A DNA stretch of 64,000 bases from Octopus vulgaris (GCA_951406725.2 OX597831.1:71176001-71240000), one strand, 5' to 3'. Positions 40,745 to 53,584 are shown, counted from the stretch's first letter. A program made the numbers and translations. The notes: generated by a model from the letters alone, not told the origin.

Positions 40745-42083
40745 GAGACGTGTGTGAGTGAGATGGAGAAAAATGAAGCATAAGGCAAAAGAAAGATTGT
40801 GTGTGAATGAGGTGGATAAAGACAAAAGAATTAAGGGAGAAAGATGCTGTGTGTGAGTGAGATGGAGAAAGACGAAATAAAAAGAGAAAGATTTCTTTGA
40901 TCATTTTCCTACAGTTTTAAAGAAATCTGCTAACATCTCTATTTGAAAGACATACATGTCTTTAACCTATCATCTATTATAGAAATACTTGCTTAAGGAT
41001 GTGTATGCTCTGGAGATTAGGTTATTCTTCACTGTCTCTCTTTGTAAAATAATTGTTCAAGTGTTGTTGTGATTTCTTTTGTTTATTGTTTTGATTTTCT
41101 TTCTCTTTTCTTTTTTTTATTATTCCTTTCTGAAGTCATTCTCTTGTGTTCTTTCTACCTCTTATTACATTTTGCCTTTCTTTTTCTTGTCCTTCTCTAA
41201 TTGTTGTTTTGTTTAAATTATGTATAGAAAGTTAGGGTTGGACGGTGATGCAAATATCTGAAAAGTTTTATGCCCTGGCTTCCTAATTCTAACTGAAATA
41301 ATTCAACTTTGAAGTCAAGAGTTATTAACAAGAGACGTTTCCTTAAAAATACTTACCATTCAGCTGAGAATTGTAAATTAGACCTCACGTGTTACTGTAG
41401 CAAGCATCACATTTCATGTGATATGGTGAAGAAAAAGAAAAAGAAGTATTATTAGTCATTGATTAAAATTATTTTTCAGCAAGTATTGGAGACAACTCTG
41501 GCATGTTTCAGTCTAATTTTGATCTCATCAGCAAAAAACAGATTTTACTATTTGTGCCCAAATATTGATGAAACCTGTCATCTAAATGGCAAATTCTGTT
41601 AAAAAAACAACAAAAAAAGGCAAACACATAAAACAACTAATTTTGAAAATCATAATTAATTAAATATAGATTATTATTTCTTATAAATAGTAAGTGCTGT
41701 CTGTGGTAAATAATGGTTGGAATATCTTTGATCCTAGGTCTGCTGGATGGAGTTGATATGGGTTAAGCAACAAAGCAGCTTGTATATACTCATCTGGCCT
41801 TCCAAAAATGGCAGCCAAATTCACTAAAAATCTGACCCCTACTGTCTAAGATAGAAACTGTATAAAGTAGTAGTCTCTGATATACAAAATAGGATGGTCA
41901 GTGCTGGAATGCCTTTGATCATAAGTCTGTATGATCGATACTAACCTGGTGTTAAACAGTAGGTACAACAACAACGACATGATTCTCTGTACTTGTATAG
42001 AAACTAACCACTCAACTATGACCATAGATTCTCAACTAGTTTGAACGCACCAGAGTGAGAACCATTAAGCAGTCATGCTCTAG

Positions 42084-42114
<31 letters not shown>

Positions 42115-42390
42115 GCACACACATTGCAATGTTGATTTGATTAGTTTGTCTGGGTAATTAATTACAGTCTATGCTAATTTTTCATACCTACTCATGTGCA
42201 CCAGCGTATAACGACATAGTGATTCAATCCTCACTACTTCAGCAACTACAGTGAAGTGTATTCTTTGCTGAGGAGGTCTATTCAAGATCAAGACAAATCT
42301 GCAGTTATTTCCCCTACTTACTGAAATAATTAGAATAATATAATTAACCATTTTGGTAACATCATCATCTTTTAAGTACAGCATTAAGTA

Positions 42391-43270
42391 TTACTTAAAT
42401 TGTTTTTCAAGTGGATAACAACTGTAGAACTCTTACTTTTTTCTTACTTAATTGTTTTTCAAGTGGATAACAACTGTAGAACTCTTACTTTTTTCTTACT
42501 TAATTGTTTTCAAGTGGATAACAACTGTAGAACTCTTACTTTTTCTTACTTAATTGTTTTTCAAGTGGATAACAACTGTAGAACTCTTACTTTTTTCTTA
42601 CTTAATTGTTTTTCAAGTGGATAACAACTGTAGAACTCTTACTTTTTTCTTACTTAATTGTTTTTCAAGTGGATAACAACTGTAGAACTCTTACTTTTTT
42701 CTTACTTAATTGTTTTTCAAGTGGATAACAACTGTAGAACTCTTACTTTTTTCTTACTTAATTGTTTTCAAGTGGATAACAACTGTAGAACTCTTACTTT
42801 TTCTTACTTAATTGTTTTTCAAGTGGATAACAACTGTAGAACTCTTACTTTTTTCTTACTTAATTGTTTTCAAGTGGATAACAACTGTAGAACTCTTACT
42901 TTTTTCTTACTTAATTGTTTTTCAAGTGGATAACAACTGTAGAACTCTTACTTTTTTCTTACTTAATTGTTTTTCAAGTGGATAACAACTGTAGAACTCT
43001 TACTTTTTTCTTACTTAATTGTTTTTCAAGTGGATAACAACTGTAGAACTCTTACTTTTTTCTTACTTAATTGTTTTTCAAGTGGATAACAACTGTAGAA
43101 CTCTTACTTTTTTCTTACTTAATTGTTTTTCAAGTGGATAACAACTGTAGAACTCTTACTTTTTTCTTACTTAATTGTTTTTCAAGTGGATAACAACTGT
43201 AGAACTCTTACTTTTTTCTTACTTAATTGTTTTTCAAGTGGATAACAACTGTAGAACTCTTACTTTTTCT
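42391..43270. repeat. 52-bp tandem satellite, about 17 copies
   Basis: Unit GTTTTTCAAGTGGATAACAACTGTAGAACTCTTACTTTTTTCTTACTTAATT; copies differ essentially only in T-run length. Confidence 0.97.
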
Positions 43271-43296
43271 TTTTTTGTTTAATGTCCTAAATTTAA

Positions 43297-43523
43297 CCCT
43301 TTAAGCATTCAGAATACTTGGTTAAGTGCAGTGTTTATTTATTCACAGTGTTTTGAATTAATCATGCATTTTCTCATAGCTTCAAGATTTCAGTAATATG
43401 AGTGTTTTTTTAATTTTTAGAATGATATTGTTGGGTAGGTGTCAAAGGTCAGATCTGGCCAGTCTATATATAAAACAAGAGGAATATTTGAACCAGATAT
43501 GGCTGGTTTAAATGCTAAAAGGG
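43297..43523. mobile_element. piggyBac-type MITE
   Basis: TTAA|CCCTTTAAGCATT ... AATGCTAAAAGGG|TCAA. Confidence 0.7.
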
Positions 43524-43649
43524 TCAAACTGGTGATTTATTAGGTCTTTGATATCTCTCCTTCACATTAATGCTACCCATCAGCTTCCCTGCTCTAGGAG
43601 ATGCTCCTTCTCTCAAGCATAACCTTTGACCTCTTATTTTCAATGGAGC

Positions 43650-43861
43650 TTACTTTACTTTTACTTGTTTCAGTCATTTGACTGTGGCCATGCTGGAGCA
43701 TCACCTTTAGTCGAACAAATCGACCCCAGGACTTATTCTTTGTAAGCCCACTACTTATTCTATTGGTCTCTTTTTGCCGAACCACTAAGTGACGGGGACG
43801 TAAACACACCAGCATCAGTTGTCAAGCAATGCTAGGGGGACAAACACAGACACACAAAAAC

Positions 43862-43908
<47 letters not shown>

Positions 43909-44070
43909 TACGACAGGCTTCTTTCAGTTTCCGTCTACCAAATCCACTCACAAGGCATTGGTCAGCCCGGGGCTATAGCAGAAGGCACTTGCCCAAGATG
44001 CCACGCAGTGGGACTGAACCCAGAACCATGTGGTTGGTTAGCAAGCTACTTACCACACAGCCACTCCTAC
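43650..44070 (-). mobile_element. SINE family A
   Basis: Reverse complement of family A. Confidence 0.9.
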
Positions 44071-44099
44071 GTCTATAGAGCTGTGTAAAATGTTTGAGT

Positions 44100-44403
44100 G
44101 AAGGCATGTGGCTTAGTGGTTAGAGTACTCGGCTCAAGACCATAAGGTCGTGAGTTTGATCCCGGGCGGTGCATTGTGTCCTTGAGACTGGCACTTTATT
44201 TATTATTGCTTCAGTCCACTCCTTTGGGAAAAAATGAGTTGTAACTGCAATTCAAAGGGCCAGCCTTATTACATTGTGTCACACTGAATCTCCCTGAGAA
44301 CTACATTAAGGGAACATGTGTCTGTGGAGTGCTCAGCCACTTGCTCATTGATTTCTTTGATTGGATTAACTGGGATCCGCATCATCGTAACCGACACAGT
44401 GCT
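44100..44403 (+). mobile_element. Older SINE family B copy
   Basis: tRNA-like head GTGGCTTAGTGGTTAGAG...GAGTTTGATCCC and family-B body; a related head lies at 39455. Confidence 0.75.
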
Positions 44404-44623
44404 GGTAGTGTGAAACATTTAGTTATTTCCCTAGGATGCATTCAATCAGTTTTTCCTTCTCATTCACTGGTTATTGATCTTATCTGTTGAACTTCTTAAC
44501 AGGATTTGTTTACGTAGTTCTCTTTGACTGACTCTCAGTCTTTCCATCTCTCTTTTTTTCTCAATATCTTCATATTTTTAGTTTTTTATCTATCTATCAT
44601 CCACCCCCTCACACACACACTCA

Positions 44624-44659
<36 letters not shown>

Positions 44660-45696
44660 TACTTGCATCTATATGTTAATGTTTTTTCTATTTAAATATC
44701 TTTTAACGTAGTTAGCTGAGCACTGTGAACAAACTCATTATTTTAAGGTTAATCTTACAAAGGATAGCTTAGTGCAGGCTATCATACTTGATGTAGGTAA
44801 CCTCTGTGTGTGTGCATGTGCATGTGTATGTATGCGTATGTATGTGTGCATGTTCCACATTGTCACTGTTTTACCCCTTCAAGGTGAAAATTGTTAAAAT
44901 TTGTTCTTTTCAACTTCTGATAGAAAAACTTAGAATGTTGTATGCCCACCAGGCAATGCAATAAACAAGAAAAGATTACTAATAAAGAAAGAAAAACAAT
45001 CTTTTAATTATGTAAATTAAATAGTATTTTGAAAAAAACATAATTATGTTATTTAAGTAAAAATGTAAGAGTACAAATTTAATTTAAGTTCAAAATTTGT
45101 CATTTTTTTTTGTGTTCAATTTCATATAAGTGTTTCAGTTTGAACCATCTTTTCTGTGACATAGACATAATTCCGAATGACTCAACATTCTCAGACAAAG
45201 TTGAGATTGTTAGTTTCTTTTTGAAGTAATATATCAAAAATATAGTAATTCAGATTATTATATTTGTTTTAGCTATTCATAAACCCTGAGCAAAGTTGAG
45301 TACTTCTTCAAAATTAGAGTTTTGAAGTAACTGAAATTATAACCCTAGGTTGAAAACATTCATTAATGTTACTAAAAGTTTCTTCTCAGAAAAAGCAAAA
45401 AAAAAAAAACCCTGAAAAATTTTGATTAACAAACATTTAATTTTCGAGGAAAAATGAATGACAATGTGGATCTTATTCTGGTTTTTGCTAAGTATAATGA
45501 CAACTCTAGATCTGGTTAGTTACCTTGAAAATTAAATTGATACAAACTAGGTAGGTTCTTCATATTGACAGACAATATTCCTTTTGCAATTTTGTGCCGA
45601 CAAATACAATTGTAGCTGTGATTGAGACCTGAACTGCTAGGTAACTGGCCATGCATCACAACCAAATCACACTAGCTTCAAGCGATTCATCTAATA

Positions 45697-46130
45697 ACTC
45701 TTTACTCTCTTTTTTATTCTTTTACTTGTTTCAGTCATTTGACTGCGGCCATGCTGGAGCACCACCTTTAGTCAAGCAAATCGACCCCGGGACTTATTCT
45801 TTGTAAGCCCAGTACTTATTCTATAGGTCTCTTTTTGTGGAAAACCGCTAAGTGACGGGGACGTAAACACACCAGCATCGGTTGTCAAGCAATGCTAGGG
45901 GGCAAACACAGACACACAAAAACACACACATACATCATCATCATCATCATCATTGTTTATATGTATATATATATATGACAGGCTCCTTTCAGTTTCCGTC
46001 TATCAAATCCACTCACAAGGCATTGGTCGGCCCGGGGCTATAGCAGAAAACACTTGCCCAAGACGCCACGCAGTGGGACTGAACCTGGAACCATGTGGTT
46101 CGTTAGCAAGCTACTTACCACACAGCCACA
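45697..46130 (-). mobile_element. SINE family A
   Basis: Reverse complement of family A. Confidence 0.9.
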
Positions 46131-46542
46131 ACATCAAGCCAACATATGATTCAATCTTCTAGAATCTTCTTGTGTCTTATAAAAAGGCTGTTTTTGATGA
46201 TAATTGTAGAATGTTGAGGCAACTGTCTGTGTCTCCCTCCTTGCCATGAACACAGTTATTTCTACTGATGCTGGGATAGCTACATGTTTCTGTATCTCTA
46301 AGCTGGTTGGAAACTCCAAGTTGTTCATCTCACCCAGTATGTAATTAGTGCTGTTTTTTTAATTGTAAAAGGCCAACACAGTTTAACACTTTGTGCAATA
46401 ATAAAAGCTTCTGTTACCCCTTTCAGTCATTATAAGTGGAAGTATACAAATGTATTTACATTATGTTTCCCTCTAACGAATGAGCTAATTTTAAAGTCAT
46501 TACATTTTATGAATGCAGAAAATAGTAATAATATATATTATT

Positions 46543-46797
46543 GTGCTGGTGGCATGTGTAAAAGGATTCGAGCGAGGTCGTTGCCAGTACCACCTGACTG
46601 CCCCCCCCCCCGTGCCGGTGGCACGTAAAAGCACCCACTACACTCCCGGAGTGGTTGGCGTTAGGAAGGGCATCCACCTGTAGAAACTCTGTCGGATCAA
46701 GATTGGAGCCTGGTGCAGCCATCTGGTTCGCCAGCCCTCAGTCAAAATCGTCCAACCCATACTAGCATGGAAAGCGGATGTTAAACGATGATGATGA
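46543..46797 (+). mobile_element. RTE-tail SINE-like repeat
   Basis: Two hairpin modules, conserved tail and (GAT)n. Confidence 0.85.
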
Positions 46798-46895
46798 TAT
46801 GTGTGTGTGTGTATTGTGGATATATATATATATTGTGTGTATGTGTGTGTGTAAATACTACCATATAAAAACTTCAGATGTATCTGTAATGCTGG

Positions 46896-46926
<31 letters not shown>

Positions 46927-47494
46927 ATAATAATGATTAAGCTTGTTTGCATCTTTGTCTCTTTGCTTGCCTAAGTACATCACATTCAAAATGTTTAAGG
47001 GACATAACTCAACATAATCTATGTCTCCTTTCTATTTTCTGTTCTCTCTATCCCTTTCCTCATCATTTCTTCCTGTTTATCAGATTTGTTTTTACATTTT
47101 TTTTCACCAGTAATTGTTTACAAGTAGTTGATGAAATGGGGAAAGTCATGTCTGAAACCTAGAAATGAAATATTGCAATTTAGATGGAGTGCAGATAGCT
47201 GTTTGTCTATGAAATTCTAGTAGCATATTGAATATTTAAGCATATCATAAAAATAACGTGTGTGTGTGTGTTAATTTCAAACAATGAGAATGAGTGCTCA
47301 ACACCACATTGGTGGATAAATATATATATATATGACCCCATAAACTTGCCAGCATCCGGTATGTGGAGCTTTTAACTGGTAGCACTTGCATCTGCAAGTT
47401 GTTTGCAAAAATTCGAATATATGAACCCTGTCGAATCATCTAACTCATGCCAGCATGGTATGTGGACATTAAATGATGGTGATCACACACACAC

Positions 47495-47549
<55 letters not shown>

Positions 47550-48049
47550 ACAAATCAGGAGTCGGGGAAAATACACACACACACAGATACATCCCTATTC
47601 TCCCTTATATTTCATCTTGTCCCTTGAAAGTATGCCTTCATCATCTCTCTCTCTCACTCATTCTCTTTCCCTGACTCTCTCTCTCTCTTTCTCTCCATCT
47701 GAGGAGGCCGTTTATTTCCACTTCATGAAGTCACCTGTTCCTGTCCTTGTATCATACTTTCTTTCCCTCAACACTTATACCACCTCTCAAGTTAAGGGGA
47801 CTTGCTGGTGCCAATATAAAGGGCACTCTGTCATGTGGTTGGCATTGGAAAGAGAGTCCAGCTGTAGAAAGCATGCCAAGGCAGACATTGGAGCTCAGTG
47901 CAGTCCTCTGGTTCATCATTTCTTGATGGACTGTCCAACACATACCAGCATGGAAAAACGGATCTTTAATAATGATGATGATAACGAGAAACACAGGCAC
48001 ACATGATCATATATACACATAAAATCTATGATGTGCTGTAAGTGCACAT

Positions 48050-48089
<40 letters not shown>

Positions 48090-48090
48090 G

Positions 48091-48128
<38 letters not shown>

Positions 48129-48186
48129 ACTACTACTACTACTACTACTACTACTAGTAGTAGTAGTAATAGTAGTCGTAGTAGTC
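48050..48186. repeat. (CTA)/(CTG)/(GTA) trinucleotide tract
   Basis: Direct reading. Confidence 0.95.
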
Positions 48187-48579
48187 ATCCAACTTCAATT
48201 GGTGACACTATGTGGTTCAGAACTCCATAGTATTTTCAAGTAGCTAAAGTCAGTTGATGAATCACCAGTTCTATCAACTGGATTGGTTGACCCTAGACTG
48301 ACCACTGGCTGAAAGAATTTCTTCTGCTCAGGTTGTGTCATGTAGTTTTGCTGAATGAAGATCAATACATGAAACTGTCCATCTGCCATGCTGCTCCCCC
48401 GTGACTTAGCCATGACCCTGGCTCGGTGATTTTTTTCCTCATTGAGGTTAATTCCTCTCTCGGATGATTATTGATGCCTACATGTCCCTCTGCACTTCGA
48501 CAAGTTTTGCTTTTCGTCTTGCATGGCATCCCAATCACTCACCTCACCACGCTAGCATGGTGGAGATGCTGATTTAGTT

Positions 48580-49100
48580 GCTACTAAAGGGTATGGCCTG
48601 GTCAGCCTGTAATGACATGCATAAGATCTGGTCATCAAATCCAAGTAGAGACTTCAAACTTGAAATCTTCAAAGCCACAGTCGAACCAATTCTACTCTAT
48701 GGCTCAGAAACCTGGACGTTATCAAAGAAGCTTGAGAGGCGGTTGGATGGACCCTACACTCGCCTCCTTATGAAAGCTCAAAATCTCTCGTGGAGGCGCC
48801 ATCCAACCAAAATGCAAATATATGGGAAACTACCACCTGTGTCATCTCTTGTGAAAGGTAGGAGAGTCGAGTTTGCTGGACATTGTTGTAGAGCTGAAAA
48901 AGAGGTAATTTCTACTCATCACCTCTGGAAGCCATCTACTCGCAATACCAGAGGGTGCACACTCTCCTACCCTGATGTAATCTCCAGGGATACAGGCATC
49001 CAGCACCAGGACCTCTGTAATGCCATGATGGACCGTGAAGTCTGGCGTAGCATAGTAAATTCCATTGTCTCGACCACGGTCGAACAATAATGATGATGAT
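48580..49100 (+). mobile_element. 3' fragment of an RTE/RTEX-type LINE
   Basis: AWSACNDMHKIW...FKATVEPILLYGSETWTL...FAGHCCR...DREVWR*, followed by a (TGA)n tail. Confidence 0.85.
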
Positions 49101-49333
49101 TAGTTGCTACCAAAATGCGACAGATCATACTGGGCTCCATGTTACCAGTGGCACTCGAAAGTGGCATGACATGACATTTAATTAACAGTAACATTAGGCC
49201 TCCTTATTTATTATCTGTTTACAGTCCTATATTTCTGTGCTGCACACTTAACCAAGTGTAATGTTGTGTATACTTGGGAGTTAGCTACAAAGTAGGTATA
49301 GAGCCAAATAAAATTGAAAGCATGCAAGAAAGC

Positions 49334-49463
49334 AAATTATTGATATTCTGAAGCCTTCAGTGAAATATATTGCAATTACATTTTTGCTGATGAAATGATT
49401 TTATGATTGCATAAAATTATTGAAACAAGAGTACAGATTGCAGATTCGGAATATCAATAATTT
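49334..49463 (+). ncRNA. Type-I hammerhead ribozyme, intact core
   Basis: tttg-CTGATGA-aatgattttatg(attg)cataaaattatt-GAAAC(aaga)GTA-caga; 12-bp stem II; distal helix 49334-49352 pairs with 49445-49463. Confidence 0.78.
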
Positions 49464-49637
49464 ATTTGTTTTGTTATTCGTTCAATTATCAATTATATAT
49501 ATATATGGATGGATGGATGGATGTTTGTGTATCTCTATCCACATAAAATGGAAATTGGTTCATGCAAACATGAATGCCTTGTGTATGTCATTCAACTCAG
49601 TAATCTACCTCTCACCAATGTTCAATTTATACTTCAA

Positions 49638-49940
49638 CTAGCAGTATTGCCCGGCGTTGCTCGGGTTTGTAAGGGAAATAAATATATAAGCATTTTTAGA
49701 GAATTACTTCCCTTATATAATAGCAAAAAAAATGCATTCAAAATGGGAAAAAATGATGGTAAATTTTTTTTTTAATCGTAGACTCATTGTAGATGTGCGC
49801 TAATACCCAGAAGGGCTCGATATGAATCACGACTATAAGATACCCGCTTTTGGTTAAACTGCACCACAAAATGTGGGAGTAGTTAGGAATCTAAATCGTA
49901 GGAGACAGACAGCACACAACTTCACTTTTATATATAAAGA
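49638..49940 (-). mobile_element. Complete 303-bp non-autonomous Helitron
   Basis: Minus strand: a|TCTTTATATATAAAAG ... CCCGAGCAACGCCGGG hairpin ... CTAG|t. Confidence 0.9.
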
Positions 49941-50076
49941 TATCTTACAAGAAAGACAGAATAGATACTAAGCAAGGAAGTGGTGTTGTCATAATTTACA
50001 AAACAAAACAAAAAAAAAACCCTTCACAGACTGAAAGGGTGACTTTATCTGGTTTTTCTTGTATTTTTTTTTCTAG

Positions 50077-50124
50077 AAACCATAACTCGGCTACACCTTC
50101 AACATCACCTGATCATTCAAATCA
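50077..50124 (+). CDS. Candidate 48-nt symmetric exon (xNHNSATPSTSPDHSNx)
   Basis: Strong acceptor tttttcttgtattttttttttctag| and consensus donor |gtaagt; length divisible by 3. Confidence 0.55.
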
Positions 50125-51607
50125 GTAAGTACATTGCTTTATTTTACTTATCTATCTGTTCTGTCTGTCTAAAATCTTATCTATCCGTTCTGTCTGTGTG
50201 TGTGTGTCTTCTAGGATCTCAGGCATCCTCCATCAAATTTGATATGTAGATACCAATGGTATCAGGGCGTGTATGAGTCTTGAAAAAATTACAAAAATCG
50301 ATTCCAGGTGAGAATGTGATCGATAAAGCCTTGAGAACATGCATTTGTACGTGCAAGTACATTAGCTGTTGCAACCGATACTATACATATGTGAGAAGAA
50401 TGCATGTTGTTTTTGTACTGCTTAAAGGCATGTTTCTTTCCTGCCAAGCTTACTGTTTAAACCATGTTTGTGTTCTCCCAGTCAACAGCTTTATCATTAC
50501 TGGTACTTTAAACACTTCAGTTGCATATTTGTGTGAATAAAATCGTTTTTCTTTGGAAAGTCTCTTTATTTCTTCTTTTGCTGGTGTCTCAAATTTAGGT
50601 TAAATCAGTGTTTCTCAAAGAGGAGGCCTATGGGACGGATGGACAAGTTGTTTTGAGAAAATTTGGTTTAAATGTTTGACAACTCAGCACCATCCATTGG
50701 ACGGGGGTGGGGGCGTTTTGCTCATATATAAATATATAATAAAATGGGCTCATAGTTATTTTATGGTGAACCAAGAAAATTTATCAAAATTTAAACTATA
50801 ATAAGGAGAAAATGATATCAAGCAGTATGATGAATTCTGTTTCAGAAATACTGGTTGGGCAATCCCAATATAAGAATTAATTAAAATTTTTTTAGAAATA
50901 TAATACAGTAGTGAGTTTGACCATTGACTATAGAATGATAACTCTGTACATGTTTCTGTGTTATTAAACCTTGTTAGAGAAACATGGTGTCAAGCTTGCT
51001 ACTAGATCTTAGATAAGTACAAAACTATATGTAAGATATCAGTGGCTGAATAAAGAGCAATGCAATGACTTTGAAAAATGCCTAACAGAGGTAAAGTACC
51101 CAGGAATGGCTGTTTGTACTTCTTTGTTTGTCATCTCCGTACTGCAGATAATAATACAGTGATGACTGCTATTATACGTAGTCATGGCATGTGTATACGA
51201 GACATTGGGCTTTTGAAAGATCAATGTGACTGAACTTCAAACCAGACAGTCATTTAGCATTGCTCAACCAGGATACCTTGTATGAAAGAATTGCACTGGT
51301 TCTGGTCAGTCGTCTGACCAGATGATGATCATAGTGTCTTGGTACGACCAAAGATCTATTTTATTCTCCACTACATTTTTTTTTTTTTCAAATTTAAATC
51401 ATTAGGGTATTGCTATTACTTTTATTGTCAATTAGTATTAATCCATTGCCCATTGATTTTCTCTTCTCACTGTGCATGAAATTTTTGTTATCATTTCTTA
51501 GCTCACCACTTTTAAGTATGATAGCACCCATTTTATTGTTTGTTTTCCATGTAGCTGGTGTTTCTGGGTATTATCTATCTATCCGTCAATCTATCTATCT
51601 ATCTATC

Positions 51608-51898
51608 TATATATTAGAGGGAAACCACTATGTGGACACCCATATGCTAGAAATAGATCCGCTATGGTCTCACCACTAAGAAATGTTCTCAAGGAAAATT
51701 TAGCAAAACAACCAAAACGTAATCGAGCAAGACAAAAGAAAAAGTAATAAAAATGTGGATTATTTGAATAGTTACTTTTTCTTTTGCCTTTGGTTGTTTT
51801 GCTAAATCTTTTTCTTGAGAGCATTTCTTAGTGGTGAGACCGTAGCAGATCTATTTTTAGCATATGGGTGTCCACATAGTGGTTTCTCTCTAATATAT
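51608..51898. repeat. ~290-bp foldback (long imperfect inverted repeat) in (TA)n
   Basis: Arms of about 110 bp: ATTAGAGGGAAACCACTATGTGGACACCCATATGCTAG... and ...CATATGGGTGTCCACATAGTGGTTTCTCTCTAAT. Confidence 0.9.
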
Positions 51899-52621
51899 AT
51901 ATATATATATAATACAATTTTACTGAAACTTCAGTTTTTTTTATGCTAGACCACTGGTGTAAAATCGATGTTAATTAAAAAAATATCTAATTTCTCACCC
52001 TCATTTTAAATTTATCTGTCTATCTATCTACCTACTTACCTACCTACCTTTTTGCTTGCATCCCTCCTTCTGTGTGTGTGTGTGTGTATCTGCATGTTCA
52101 TGTGTGTGTGTGTGTTGTGTGCATATGAGTGCATGTATGTGCATGCACATGTGGATGCACAAAAAAACATAATACATAGACTGAAACAAAAATAGGCATT
52201 ACTAATCCATGAATATACACACAAAATGCACACAAACTTAATAACATAAAATTTCAAAATCTTCCAAATTTTGATGCCAAAATTTGGCAACCAGATTGCA
52301 AATATGCATGTGCAAAAACGTTGCTACTTCAGTTTTTCTCAAAAGTCAAATACAAAGAAGATAATCATCCAAGAGTCATTCTCCTTGTTTTCTTGTTTTT
52401 ATTTTTTTTTACTAAAAATTCTTGTGCGATCTCATTTTGACTTTCTGTGACTTTTCGTGTTTTGATACAAACACCAGTTTTACTTTGTGATTGAGTTGAA
52501 ACATCGTTGAGCTATTTCTAAATATGAAACCAATGGTAGCCTTAATACACAAATAAAGAATCTTTATTCGCCAATGTGGTGTTGAGCACTCATTCTCATT
52601 GTTCAATATTTGCATGTGTGT

Positions 52622-52660
<39 letters not shown>

Positions 52661-52732
52661 CCTGTGCATATATATATGTGGTTCAGTCGATTGCATTCGC
52701 TGCTATAATTCACGACTGAACCACACGTGTAT

Positions 52733-52912
52733 TTAAAAAGCACCCACTACACTCACGGAGTGGTTGGCGTTAGGAAGGGCATCCAGCCGTAGAAACACTG
52801 CCAGATCAGACTGGGCCTGGTGCAGCCTTCTGGCTTTCCAGACCCCAGTTGAACCGTCCAACCCATGCTAGCATGGAAAGCAGATGCTAAATGAAAATGA
52901 TGATGATGATGA
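52733..52912 (+). mobile_element. RTE-tail SINE-like repeat
   Basis: AAAAAGCACCCACTACACTCACGGAG...(GAT)n. Confidence 0.88.
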
Positions 52913-53497
52913 TTTAGCTCAATAACACCAGAATGTAAAATATCCTTACTAGGGTAAAACTACAAGTTCATAAATAATGAAGCGTACTTGATGCAAACTA
53001 TGTAACATAAAAATGTTAATATTTGTGCAGAACTGCTAAAATACATAACTCAAACTGTTTGCATCAGATGCACATGTCCATCACTTTCTTCTCAGTTGAC
53101 CATAGTAGCAGGAATGTATCCTATATAAGGTTTACAGACAATTCATTTAATAGCTGACTATATCAGCACTCAAGTTCTTTCATACATGATCACAAAGAAA
53201 ACACTACTTGGCTTTCAGAGTATATTTGATAAAAGATAAAAAATAAGCCCCTTGAGGTTTGCATGCTCTGTCTTGGACTATAACACTCAAATGTAATAAC
53301 AGCTAAAGATATTACAATCCATGTTTAACTGAGAAATATTATAGCACATCTCACACCAATTATGAACGCAAAAACACATTTAATGTCAAGTTATAGACAT
53401 TGTAGGAAATTTGAACTTTCTCTTTGGGAGGCAACAGATAAAGTGCTTGGGTTTCTATGCATCATATAACAATCTGTCATATTTTTTGCTTCATGAA

Positions 53498-53584
53498 CTA
53501 CAAGAAAAGGCTCTGAAGATAGTTCTTTTCAAGTTCAAGTTCTTCAATACTAGTATGAAACTGAAGAATTAAATCTGCTACAGT
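53498..53584 (-). CDS. Candidate terminal coding exon of a minus-strand gene (TVADLILQFHTSIEELELEKNYLQSLFL*)
   Basis: Poly-T tract then ttcctgtag| acceptor; helical-looking 28-aa peptide; unique AT-rich UTR-like sequence downstream. Confidence 0.4.
   Translation of the reverse strand, partial: TVADLILQFHTSIEELELEKNYLQSLFL

Noticed and set aside
39659-40904. His/Ser/Thr-rich and Leu/Ser-rich ORFs
   Set aside because: Microsatellite translations; only 39816-39886 is kept as a candidate exon
42262-42305. Very decayed hammerhead-like strings (also 36650-36735, 47125-47165 and 58666-58715)
   Set aside because: They need several core substitutions and cannot be distinguished from chance by eye
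42391-43270. CRISPR array or DnaA-box (TTATCCAC) iteron cluster
   Set aside because: Units are identical with no unique spacers, there are no cas or rep genes and the context is eukaryotic; it is a simple satellite
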